Shown: positions 27,334-40,337 of the stretch, piece after piece | How positions within the stretch are numbered: the stretch's first letter is position 1 | Layout: each line of letters begins with the position of its first letter | DNA from: Eledone cirrhosa | Lineage: Eukaryota | Direction of reading: 5' to 3' | NCBI GenBank assembly: GCA_964016885.1 | Contig: OZ024742.1 | Span: 70,122,001 to 70,186,000, forward strand | Length of the DNA stretch: 64,000 nucleotides | The notes under the pieces: model-generated | Database searches by the model: none | The model's input: only the letters and a program-made list of their open reading frames with translations | Told to the model about the DNA's origin: nothing | Translations under genes and position numbers: made by a program

Positions 27334-27680
27334 GTAGGAGGTGAGTAATATTGTAGAACAATAAAACAATGCATATATCAGATAAGTAGCACTCAACAGT
27401 TGATAGAACTGGAGTATATATAAAGAAGAAATTAAAAGATGGTTAAAGAAGTTCCGTATATTTTATGATGCGCATTTCGAAAACAACATCATCCTGGGAC
27501 AAAAATTGTGTTCTGTTGACTGCACACTTTCTTGTTCACAAGTGTTTTTAGGCCTCATATCATATTACCTTATTTTATCTGATGAGAACACAATTTTTGT
27601 CCCAGGATTATGTTGTTTTCGAAATGCGCATAATAAAATATGCAGAACTTTTTTAACCAACTTTTAATTTCTTCTTTATA
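27334..27680. mobile_element. Fold-back element with a hammerhead and a left-side tail
   Basis: Arms ~27418-27514 / 27585-27680. Tail ends ...agcactc.aca.gtt...ctggagtata, as in 35181-35225. Related fragment at 3449-3500. Confidence 0.75.
27571..27640 (+). ncRNA. Minimal hammerhead ribozyme
   Basis: UAUUUUAU-CUGAUGA-GAACACAAU...GUUGUUUUC-GAAA-UGCGCA-UA-AUAAAAUA. Perfect 8-bp stem I, perfect palindromic stem III AUGCGCAU, cleavage triplet AUA. Confidence 0.85.
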
Positions 27681-27682
27681 AT

Positions 27683-27779
<97 letters not shown>

Positions 27780-28416
27780 AATATGATAATAATGGAGCTG
27801 CGGCGCTGCAAATGGGTTACATATGAAAAAGTTTGTCCTCATCAGTGGCCATCCAACCGTCGTAGGCATTTCGTCGCATTAGAGGCCATATACCTCAGGT
27901 TGGTGCGAGCAACGGCTAAAAAAAAGTCGTTGGGACACGTAAATAAGGGGGACGCTAGGGTGAACGAACAAAATGGTTTAAGCAGCAGAAAGTAATGAAG
28001 AAGGAAACAAGTCCCAGATTTCTATGAATATAAATTCGGTGAAATCGTGAACGAGAGAATAAAGACCATCAAACCTGGTTGAAATGTGAGCAAGGAAGGA
28101 ATTTCGCACAGGTCTAACGGGAGGAAGAATGGGTCTGGTCTGCGAATTCGGTAAACATAAGTTTTGTGAAGTCGCAGACGAGAGAGAGAAAAAAAAAAAA
28201 AAAAAAAAAATTCATACAGGCTTGGCCAAGTGCCCGCGAGAAAAAGGAATACGGACAGGTCAAATAGGAAAAGAGTCAGGACCCCGACGGCTGAGCCCCG
28301 GCCGTTTCGACAGCTAGATCCGAACGGATATATATATATCATATGTATATAATATATATATAAGTGTGCATGTGTAGGCGTAGTATATATATATAAATAT
28401 CTATCTATCTCTCACT

Positions 28417-28583
<167 letters not shown>

Positions 28584-29384
28584 CAGTGGCGGACTGGGTC
28601 TAAAAGTATTGGTTGCCAGGAAATGAAGGGGGCCCACCTACATATAAAATATTATCATTTCATTTTTATAATGAATAAATAACGTTTTCGAAAAATACAT
28701 AAGTGGAAACAAAACAGTGCAATCAAATTTTTGCGGAAAAATATCTTACTTTTGCCAATAAAAAATATTATGTATTTTGCGAAATCCAGAGACTTTCAAT
28801 AATGACCAAAAGTTGACCCTGAATATTACTAATAGCTCTAGGAAAGCCATGAACGATACCACATCTTTTTAACTTTGATTTTGAAAGTAGATTTATAATT
28901 ATCAATTTTCGTAATACTTTGGTACCTGTCTGGTGGCCTAGTGGGAGGAATCTTAGCCATTGGTGATCATGGTCCGATCATGGTTCGATTATGGTCGGGT
29001 GTAAGATTCCCGCTAAACCTTTTCAGTTTTTTTTTTCTATGGGTTGTAAAATAAAAACTGAAAAATTTACATGTACCTCTTGACCAGGATTGAACCCAAG
29101 GCCAGATTCTCCACCGTCTCTAGTACCTACCGCTAGGTCACAGAGACAACTACGAAAATCTTATGAAAATGCATACTTATAAACCTACTTTCAAAATTTT
29201 CAAAACAAAATGATGTGGTGTCGTTCATGTTGTTGCTCCTACTTAAGGTCAACTTCTAAATCATTTGGGTGCTCCATAAACTACATCCTCCATCTGTTTC
29301 TCATCTATCTAGACTACATTTTAACCTGTAATCCGGTTCATTTCTGTTGCACCTCATTTTTCCCCAGTCCTCTCTCTCTCTCTC

Positions 29385-29445
<61 letters not shown>

Positions 29446-29714
29446 GTGATATTTGAATCTACTATGATTTGGACTTACCTTATTCCTGTATATATGTTTT
29501 TGCATGTCAGTTAGATTCAAACTTACAATGATTGGCATTATATATATTATATATATTATATATATTACAATGATTGGCATTATATATATAGGTTGACTTT
29601 GCCTTTCATCCTTACGGGGTCGATAAAATAAAGTACCAGTAATGCACTGGGTAATTGCTGGCCTTGTGCCTAAAGTAGAAACAATTATATATATATATAT
29701 ATATATATAGAAAC

Positions 29715-29757
<43 letters not shown>

Positions 29758-29798
29758 CGAAACATAAGTCAATTGCATGAACTCATAATCCTTTATTT

Positions 29799-29854
29799 AC
29801 TGCTATATATATTTCGATGATAGCCATTGAATGGCTATGACCTCATCAGGCAGT
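29799..29854 (-). ncRNA. Minimal hammerhead ribozyme
   Basis: Minus strand: ACUGC-CUGAUGA-GGUCAUAGCCAU(UCA)AUGGCUAUCAUC-GAAA-UAUAUA-UA-GCAGU. All three stems form. Confidence 0.85.
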
Positions 29855-29913
29855 TAGTCAGTTCTTAGATATGCCAGCTCTGTGTTTATAGTGTTGATGG
29901 TATCAGAGCCTTG

Positions 29914-29981
<68 letters not shown>

Positions 29982-30412
29982 CACAAATATCAAAGTTATG
30001 TTCAAATCATTTAATTGCCGACAATTGTTTCTTCCAAACTTTCGTTTGGAGTCATCGGAGCAATGTTTGTACATATAATTAACCTCCTATTCAACTGAAC
30101 AATCATATAGATACATATATATTGATGTTGTGAACAACAGTTTAGTATTTACAGGGTGTAATGGATGCGACATATATTATACGAGAATATTTGTGTAATA
30201 TATATATTCCTGCTCTGTAAAACACCTGATATTCTTACATTGAGCTATTTCCCATACTGGTGATAAGGTAGTAATAAATTACTGACCTTTCCTGTTTATA
30301 GTATATACATAACTATAAATAATATCATTATTATTATATATATACGGGGTCGATAAAATAAAGTACCAGTAATGCACTGGGTAATTGTTGGCCTTGTGCC
30401 TAAAGTAGAAAC

Positions 30413-30451
<39 letters not shown>

Positions 30452-30454
<3 letters not shown>

Positions 30455-30794
30455 TGGCGGACTACGTCTAAAAATATTGGTTGCCAGATAAAGGGGTCCC
30501 ACCTACATATAGAATGCTATCATTTAATTTTTATAATGTATAAATAACATTTTCAAAAAATACATAGGTGGAAACAAAACAGTGCGATCAAATTTTTGGG
30601 GGGAAATATCTTACCTTCTCCAATAAAAAATATTATGTATTTTGCGAAATCCAGAGACTTTCAATAATGACCTTTGGTCTTTCACACTCACTCAACATAT
30701 GTGTGTGTGTGTCTGTATGTGTGTGTGTGGGGGGGGGGGGGGTCTGTGTGTGCGTGTGTGTGGTGTATCTCTCTCTCTCTCCCTCTCTCTCTGC

Positions 30795-30832
<38 letters not shown>

Positions 30833-31327
30833 GATTTGTGATATATATGATTTGTGATATTTTGCATTCTCGCAATAATACACAACTGAATCATTCGTTT
30901 AATAGAGGTGTTACCTCCCTTGCTGAATCCCACGAGGGGTCAGTAATAGCCACACTATCTATAGCATCTTGGAGCAAAACCCGTTGATAACACGACTGCC
31001 TTGTTCATCATCTCACCAGAAGCCCAACATTCTTTATGTAGGCGGACAGTACCTGATTTGGAGTCGCAGAAACCAATACTGGATTTTACCATCAGTCCAG
31101 GGTCCGCGAAAGTATCAACACATATATTTTTATTGTTTGACCCGAATTACTTGGTCGTTTTGATTTTGGCTGTGCGGATGATATGTTTAACCATCATCTC
31201 AGTGTGTTTGGCCCTTAACGTATGTTGTAGCTCTGATTCATATGATTCATCGAGCGCTTGCCACACATATCGGACGTTGATTTTCGTTAATTCCTGAGCT
31301 GAAAACGATTCTCGCTAATTTATATGC

Positions 31328-31361
<34 letters not shown>

Positions 31362-31893
31362 CACCTTCACCACAAATTGATTTGACAGATGTCTTTAACC
31401 GATTGATACCAAATGTTATTTGGTCAGTAGTTCGTGTGTAAGTATATAAATAAATAAATAAATATATATATATATATATATATAGTTAAAAGAATAGAGG
31501 TGTAACACACAAGTTATTATATATTGGTAAACGGAATAGAAAATGCTGACAAATTGTTCACAGTTGAAAAATGGTTTAATTAGGAATAAAAGAGTATTAG
31601 TGATTGTATGGGTTAGTATTCAGTGGTGGTTTTAAGTTTTTAAGTTTTACCGGTTGCGCATTTCTAAATGCTTTTCAAAAATAATTTTGAGATAGAGTGT
31701 CCGTGTTCAAACAACACGGACACTCTATCTCAAAATTATTTTTGAAAAGCATTTAGAAATGCGCAACCGGTAAAAACTTAAAAACTTAAAACCACCACTG
31801 AATACTAACCCATACAATCACTAATACTCTTTTATTCCTAATTAAACCATTTTTCAACTGTGAACAATTTGTCAGCATTTTCTATTCCGTTTA

Positions 31894-31990
<97 letters not shown>

Positions 31991-32327
31991 TTGTGTGTCT
32001 GTGTCTCTATATATGTATGTTTGTGTGCATGAATGAATACACTAAGCTTTAGATTTAGTAGAATGTACAACCACTGATTCCAGCTATTCGCACTATCGTA
32101 TATTTTGGTTTCTAGTAATTCCCTGGGAAATTGCTTGACCAAATGCTTTGTTCAATGGTTTTATTTTTTTTAATTATTATTTTATTCTTACTCTTAAATT
32201 TCAGGTATTTTTTGAAAGCAAAGCATTGGCCCCTAAAATACTACAGTGGACTCTTGCAATGCTACCGTGGGGCCTCTGGGGCCCACTTGCCATTGAGCAA
32301 CCTGTCAACCTGGTCAGTCGGCCACTG
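30452..32327. mobile_element. Non-autonomous DNA transposon with cagtggc-type TIRs and nested insertions (a second left end at 28584-28808)
   Basis: Left end ta|cagtggcggact, right end agtcggccactg|ta. The first ~225 bp are duplicated at 28584-28808. Confidence 0.55.
31484..31903. mobile_element. Fold-back element with ~190-bp arms and a 34-nt left tail
   Basis: Arms 31518-31707 / 31713-~31903, loop caaac, one 1-nt indel. Hammerhead-like GAAAUGCGCA in the arms. (TA)n on both sides. Confidence 0.85.
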
Positions 32328-32685
32328 TATATATATATATATATATGATAAACATTAAGAAGAAACAGGGGATGTGTAGTTGGTGGATAAGGTGTATTTA
32401 TAAATAAGAGGAAAGCACGAATGGGGATAATTTTCCTTCATCAGTTGTCTGGTGGGGATCATGGATATTTCTACGCATTAAAAACAAGACATCTAGCCCC
32501 AGTGGGTCAATAACTAAACGAAGTTTTTGGGAATAAAAGGAGAAAGCGAAAAAAATATATAACAGAACGGAAAATATATATATATATATATACGATATAT
32601 TAACAAATGGAAACTATATTTATAAAACCATATTTATTTCATTATACATATTTCAAGGACACCAAGTTAAATTATGGTGTGCTTT

Positions 32686-32786
<101 letters not shown>

Positions 32787-32899
32787 AGTGACGCATAGAG
32801 ATATGTGTTCAATCATAGGGGATCAAAAACCCCCAGTGACGAACATATTAACTATGGAAGGAATGGTGAATACAAATCAATAAAAAGAATATATTAAAG

Positions 32900-33935
32900 T
32901 GTCTTCTTGGTTGTCCATCGTAAACGATGATGACATTTCTTTATTTTAGTTCCCGTCTGCCATGGGCACGAAGGTGGCTGTGGAGGCCGATCCTTGACTG
33001 GCAGGTCTGGGGACAGTGGGGGCAGGGAAGAGACCGGAGTCGCTTAGGGCAGCTGTTGATGCCTTTCTCCTCCTTTCACGGGCCTCAGTGACCTCTGTCC
33101 GTCTCTTCTCTTCAAAGGAGTCTTTGGCGCCGACCGCTTGCAAGGGTAAAACCGTCAGCCGCGGTAGACTGTCCGGCTTTGTGTGGGGTGAGCATTTGGT
33201 TAGGGCTCCTTTTATCGTCCCTCTCCTCGTGCGAGAGTGAGCAGTGCTCCCCTGAAAAGGACTGCTCAGTCGCCCGGTGGAATGCCTGATCTTCTTTGTC
33301 ATCCCAGGGTCAGGAGGAGAACGACTTGCGCATCCAGGCCGCCCACGTGTGGATTTGAGACTGGAAACTCCCAGAGGTTACCTCCGCCTCTCGCCCATCG
33401 CCGCAGGGCTTTGGGAGAGCACGCTAAAGAAGAAACCTGTGCGGGAAAGGTTTATAGTGGGAGAGCCAGTGCACAGTGACGGTCCCACTCACTCGGCCGC
33501 AGAACCCAGAATCCGGTGGTACGGAGGACCGCCCAGACCAGGGACTTCCTTGGCTGCAGTGGATGGCCACAACCTCTATAGTGCCTTGCCGTGCCCTAGC
33601 GCTCCACACCGCTTGCTGTCGCCGCCTTCGTGACTGTTGGGACGATGTTGTCCTCCTCCACTCACTCCGCCGAGTCCAGTTTTCGCATGTAGGGGCAGGC
33701 ATCCCCTATCTAACTCACTGGGGGGTTTCAGACCCGTCCGGCTACTCTCAATCTGGTTCGGCCCTCAGCCAAGGCGGTTTACCAGCGTGTGGCCGCTGTC
33801 GCATGCTACAGTCTTGGGGCCACAAGTGAGAGCTGAGTGTCAGGTGGGACCCAATGCAGGACGAGCTGTCCTGAAAAGGGCATGGCTAGCCCCCCCCCCC
33901 TCCTCTCTACAGCGGTACATGCCCTTCCCTGACAC
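32900..33935 (-). mobile_element. Internally deleted RTE-clade element
   Basis: The minus strand ends FPCPHCPQTCQSRIGLHSHLRAH (RTE C-terminal zinc finger), preceded by SFEEKRRTEVTEARERRRK. A GC-rich block lies upstream; no RT core is seen. Confidence 0.65.
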
Positions 33936-35085
33936 ACCAGGCATATACACACGTATATACATACACATACATATGTACATGTGTATATTCATATTTACAC
34001 ATTTTGGAAGGCCGTTGACTCTTATCAGTTCTTCCGCCCTTTGTCAGGTTTTGTTTTTTTGTCCTGCAGGGTGTGCAAAATCACCCTCCTCACCAAGTAA
34101 ACTTGGTGGGGTTGCCAGTTTAGTCGCCGACGACCCGTCACTCTGGTGGTTTTTGATCTCCTATGATTGAACACATATCTCTATGTGTACTTCTCTCTAT
34201 ATGCTGATTTATAAAGAGTATGGAATATATACCTTGAGCTCATTAAATTATAGGGGAGTAATGTCAGTCTTTAACTGTTTTTTAATTTGATATACATTTT
34301 TTAAAAAAAGCTGCCAACTCTGCCTAATGGAACTATATTATATAGTGCAAGCAACCCAGGACCTCATAAATAGTCGGGCTGAAACTGTCATCAATTGCGA
34401 CCATCGACTGCAACAATCTTTCTATAGATGAACCCCAACAACTACATAACCACCATAACACCTGATGCTCTCAACGCCACACCCTGGCCTAACTTACCGG
34501 CGGTGGACTTACCATTAAACAACTTGGAACAACACCATCATCCACCCTCTGTTTTCCCTCAGGAAGCTGCACTGCATATATTCAGCTGGGCCTACCCCGC
34601 TATATTCTTCCACACGGCAAGACGGATCTTTGGGTAATTTTACAGAACTGCCGCTTATACCCAAGCAACTTCTTAGACAACTGATCATATAAATATACAA
34701 ATTCTATCTAAAGTGACTTTACCTTTCCAGGCCTTCAAATTCACACTGAACCTGCCACTTTGTACTAGTTAAACCTGTGTATAGTCTTTAATGACTTTAC
34801 TAATAATTCATACTCACACCTTAACACCGCCTCACTACATCGAGTTGACTAACCCTACTTACGTTAATTCCCTTTTAATAATAAATAAAATGTCTTACTA
34901 AGCTGGTAGCGGTCATTAGTTTGAGAAGTAACATTACACCAGCACCGGTAATTACCTCCCTTAACATGCTAACATCTTTTCACCATTTTATTATACTTAA
35001 CAACATATATGTAAGATGCATTCTGATGTTAAAGTATTATTTTACCCGAATAGGGTATTTAATTAAAAACCTTACCTTAATATCT

Positions 35086-35125
35086 GCCTCAGACGAGCCC
35101 CATTGGGCGAAACATGTGTAAGAGC
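35086..35125 (+). ncRNA. Hammerhead-like motif with altered core (CAGACGA)
   Basis: GCCU-CAGACGA-GCCC(CAUU)GGGC-GAAA-CAUGUG-UA-AGAGC. Confidence 0.5.
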
Positions 35126-35180
35126 TTTATAAAGATATGTTTTAACGGCTTGTACCTCTTGGTAATTCAACAAATATATA

Positions 35181-35527
35181 TATTTATAACTGATTCGAAG
35201 CACTCGACAAGTTTTCTGGAGTATAATATCAATGATATTAATAAATGGAAATTATATTTATAAAACCATATTTATTCTATTATATATATTTCAAGGGTAC
35301 CAAAACTTTGGTACGCTCTCATCAGATAAAATACAAAGTTTGTTTTATAAATAGTTCCTATCCAGGAAAAACTTGAACCGTTAAGATCTCGTTCCTGGAT
35401 ATGTCAATATTTATAAAACAAACTGTATTTTATCTGATGAGAGCGTACCAAAGTTTTGGTTCTCTTGAAGTATATATAATAGAATAAATGTGGTTTTATA
35501 AATATAGTTTCCATTTATTAATATCAT

Positions 35528-35533
<6 letters not shown>
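35181..35533. mobile_element. Fold-back element carrying a hammerhead in each arm
   Basis: Arms ~35226-35368 / 35392-35533. Hammerhead at 35273-35333 (minus, intact CUGAUGA...GAAA) and at 35426-35486 (plus, GAAG variant). Single-arm copy at 32595-32690. Confidence 0.8.
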
Positions 35534-35567
<34 letters not shown>

Positions 35568-36559
35568 GGGGGGGGGTATTTAATGTCAGGTCAGGTTTCT
35601 GTCTGTTACTGGTACAATCAATGTGCGACTTAACCGGCTCCCCCACCAGACCCTGGTCTGGTGAGGAGGGTAAGTGGAAACGCAGCAGCACAAAATCAAG
35701 AGCTGAAGGATGGGTAAACTCTGTAGTGTCAACCCAGTTATGGGTTAAATAGCCTCACCAACCTGCAATTGGCCAATCGTGGTGAGTACTGAGTACAGCT
35801 ACTTACCCTGGAGAGGTTAAACTCTATGACAATAACACATGCGACCTCGTAACTCTCCTGTTATCTTGCCTTGGACACATAGCTGCGGCCGGTATATAGT
35901 ATTATCAATTGGAAAGACCAATGGAAACATTGTTTCCTCGGTCCGATTTGACGAGCTCTACCCCACTCGATAATCGAATGAGGTCTGGGATCTTGTCGAT
36001 CAACTGTTATATATTGCATAGTGTCGTGAGTAACTGTGATAAAGCAGTAGTGTGGAAACAGTGAAGGTTTGGGAGACACTTTGGAAGTTAGAAAGAAATC
36101 AAGTGTTTTGAGTATATGTGTCGGTAAGGATTATGTGTAAGGCAAGGGTCTCAAACTCAAGGGCTGAAAAGGATGTTACGTCTTGGGGTAGAGGCACAGA
36201 GAGCTAAAAGTGAGATTGGGAGTGTCAGTGATTTCCATCAGTTATAACACTAATCTGCAATACAGATGATAGGCTGCTATATATTTATTTTTCATCAAAA
36301 TAAATACACATGTTAGAGTAATTGGGATATGTGAATTAATACAAAATGTAAGGAAACACATTTTCTGCTTCAAATATGCTTTAATTCCGTTTTTACTTTT
36401 GGCAAATTCACTTTTCTCCTTTTTCACTTTTGATAAATTTTATTGTATTTCATCGATAAAATAAGATATTATTAAAACAGGGACAAATTACCAAGTTTTA
36501 AGCAAATATTAGTCACGAAAGTTGTTCTGCCACAAGCTGTAGAAAGTAGTTTGCCGGTT

Positions 36560-36860
36560 ACACGCGGCCTGTGTGCCGCGTATTTGAGACATCTGGTGTA
36601 AGGGATGTAACTACTTGTAGAGAATTAAATATTGCAAAAGATTTGGTTTCTGCCCTTGCAGTATGAGTGTAGAATGTGTGTAAGAGCCAATAATAGTTGT
36701 GGGTGTTGAATTCAACACCGACGATGACTCTAGAGAGTGGTAGAGCGAGATACATGTCCCCGATGAGGTAAGAGATACGATCAAAGAGTTGGAGGTGAGA
36801 GGGTGACGGAGATAGCAGGTTGTTTATAGGAGTGGGCGAGGGAAATTTGGGACCAGAGTA
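36560..36860 (-). pseudogene. APE endonuclease fragment of a CR1/L2/Jockey-group LINE
   Basis: SPSPSHLQLFDRISYLIGD...PLSRVIVGVEFNTHNYYWL...FAIFNSLQVV resembles the YRSPS...GDFNxH..W...F...L.Q pattern. Confidence 0.55.
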
Positions 36861-37002
36861 ACTAGAAACCCTTGTTGCTGATATCCAGGTGAGAGAGATG
36901 GGTGACGAACAGAGTGGAACAATATATATATATATATATGTATGTATATATATTTGTATATATATATATGTGTGTGTGTATACATATATATATATAAACA
37001 TA

Positions 37003-37037
<35 letters not shown>

Positions 37038-37071
37038 ATAACAGATTTTAGTCTTCAAATTTATTATTATT

Positions 37072-37136
<65 letters not shown>

Positions 37137-38405
37137 CACCACATGCATTAAACAGATATAACCGTCGTTCGTACATATACATACAGCTGTTTAAACATCG
37201 GAACATACATCCACTTCAACACTAATATACACTAGTTTAAAGATAGAAATATACACCTGTTTAAATATCCGAATTCATGTGTTCAAACATACAACCGTTT
37301 AAATATCGTAATATCTCGGAGAGAAATATCATGAGGCTGACGACGACGATGATGATGACGTCGACGATGAGGGAGAAGTGGTAGGGGGGAAATGAGATAA
37401 GTAAGAGTCGGAATAGAAGGAGGGGGGTGTTAGGGGTTGGTGATGATGATAATAACGATGATGGGGAACAACAAGAAAAGGTAAACGAAGAAAGTATCTT
37501 TCAAAATTGATAAAAAATGTCACCTCTTCTTGTGGTTTTCAAAAACATTCTATATACATGCGTGTGTGTGTGTGGTGCGCGTGTATGTGTGTGTGCATGT
37601 ATGTATTTCTGTGTGAATGTATGTGTTTCACTGTGTGTGTGTGTGTGTGTGTTTCTGTGTGTGTATATATGAAATTGTGCCTCTTTGTGTTTCTTTGTGT
37701 GTGTGCGTGTGTATGTGTTTCTCTGCGTGTGTTTTTGTGTCTGTTTCTGTATATGCGCATGTGTTTCTCTGTGTGTGTGTTTATTTTTCAGTATGTGTAT
37801 GTTATGTCAATTCGCTGTATGTTCTACAGGTAAAATGTAATTCAGTGTATCATCTTACATCGTTGGGTCGCCAGTGACAAATACAAGACCTGTCAAAGGG
37901 AGCGGATAAATCAATCCAATATAGGGTCAAAGGCTGTCTAGAAATAGTGCACGGAGGCATAAAAATACATGAGATAGTAAGCCAGCGCTATAAGACCACA
38001 TTAGGTGTGATAGATCCTCTTTTTATCAGATAATCTGCCTGGAAGGATGGTCCTCTACCCTCTCTTCTCGCCACACTGAAGTCATAGGGGCGCCATAGAG
38101 ATATACGGCATGTCTTGGATAGTTAAACCTGACAGAACCAATCACTCTCCAGTTCTGGACATTGTGGGTTTCTTCCACTGAAAGAGAGAGAAAGAGAGTG
38201 CTGTCGATATATACAGTATAGAAATATACAGAGGAAATACTTGAATGGTACTTCATCGACCTCAAAGAGATGAAAGGCAAAATTGGTCTCGGTAGAATTT
38301 CATCTCAAAACACAGGGAGCCGGGACGAATACCGCAAAGCATTCTACCTGTGTGCCTAGAAAGATACTCTAATGTATGCATACATACATAATACATACAT
38401 ACATA

Positions 38406-38526
<121 letters not shown>

Positions 38527-38999
38527 ATGGAACCGTTTTAAGAAACAGCTCAACATTAACTGAGAAATCACTCAATATGTATAAGCAAGGTAAAGATTAT
38601 ATTTTCAGAAGAAAAGGTTGTAGTGACTATGAAATTTCGGCTGTAAAGAGCCTTTTCAGTATGATGGTATGGGATAATTTGAATGACACGATAGGCAGTG
38701 TAACAAGAGAGGAAGTTGGCATATAATCCAGGTTGAGTGTGGCAAGAAATGAAAGAACTATAGTCACATCAGATTGGAGAAGCTAAAAATATTGTAGAGT
38801 GGAGCATTGGAAGTAAATTGAGGGGATTTTAGTTGAGGGGAAAGCGAAGCAGTTTTATGACCGAATTGATATAAGGCATGAGCACTGAGGCGTGAGCAAT
38901 GGTGGATGATTTCATGGGCTGGTTGAGGGTAACCAGATTTTATCCTTGAAATATTTTGGATATCATTACTGTACACTGCTTGTATCCAAGTGACATACT

Positions 39000-39790
39000 A
39001 GTAACCCCATCGGACACTCCTTTTCAGCCATAGCCATCTTGATGCCCTCTCTGCTAGTTCGTTCGGCTCACACTTGTAATACCAAGGATTCAATGGACTT
39101 TCATAAGAGAATGGATTGCAAACGTTAGACTTTCAACCTCTATTGGCGTGCACCTCGTCCTCTCACCGTTCCTGCAGCAGTTCCCCACCCGTTCCTGCAC
39201 CTGGTCCCCCACCCGTTCCTGCACCTGGTCCCCCACCCAGTTCCGACAGCAGTTCTCCACCCGTTCCTTCAGCGGTCCTCCACTAACTCCTACGGTAGTC
39301 CTCCCCCTGTTTCTGCGGCAGTTTTCCTCCAATTCCTGGTGCTTTTCTCACTTCTTTTCCTGTGCCTCCTTCACCCACTCCTCCCAGGCAACAGTAAGCT
39401 CAAGCAGAATGAGCTGCTTTGCTATCTTGGAAACCAAGATAATGTCTGATCTCAATGTGGACTCAGTGATATGTGACGGAACTTTCAGCCACCTTCTCGG
39501 GTCACTTGTTATCATCCAGTCTCCTACTCTGAAAAGCAAACCAACCAAACATTTCTTGGGTCTTCTCTTCCGCCGTCCACCCTTTTTTACAAATACGATC
39601 TTTCAAGCTGTAGCGTGTATGTGTTTGCTTTCTCTGATCCCTTTGATGGTTGATTAAGTGGGTGTTTCGAGGACCTAATCCAGTGCTTTAAAGCAGCCGT
39701 TAAAGACATGCTCAAGGATTCCTTCTGTTGGTGATTTTATTGATCTCCATAAAAGCAGATTGGATACGCTGGATAGAACATCATGGAATA
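39000..39790 (-). pseudogene. HERO/R2-like RLE non-LTR retrotransposon 3' fragment
   Basis: LKVPSHITESTLRSDIILVSKIAKQLILLELTVAWEE..EAQEKK, PIEV, and terminal AERASRWLWLKR (39020-39055). Confidence 0.75.
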
Positions 39791-39890
39791 CTCATTAATA
39801 AATAAATACATCCATGAATTACATTATTTTGATTTGCAAAATACAGGTTAAAATCGCGGGGTGGGGGCACATACACACACAGATATATTG

Positions 39891-39933
<43 letters not shown>

Positions 39934-40178
39934 TCAATCCGTAACGTCAGATCCCTTCTACTCTTTCTATTCAGTGTAAATATTTCTACTGTAAACACAT
40001 TTTTTCATATTTTGTTACATATATTTTACTCGAGTCTTCGTTTTTTTTGTTGTTTTTTTTGTTGTTGTTTTTTTTTTGGGGGGGGGGGGGCACTTTTTGT
40101 TTACTTTGCTTTAATCTCTCACGTTTTAACTGTTGCTTTCTTGTCTTTATATATATATATGAGTGTGTGTGTGTGTAC

Positions 40179-40337
<159 letters not shown>

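Noticed and set aside
30030-30065. Hammerhead-like CCGAUGA...GAAA on the minus strand
   Set aside because: The GAAA is the loop of a simple hairpin (uccaaac/guuugga); stems I and III do not form.
34200-35000. Possible decayed PLE coding sequence upstream of the 35086 hammerhead-like motif
   Set aside because: Only a weak IQILSK-like resemblance; no convincing RT or GIY-YIG motifs by eye.
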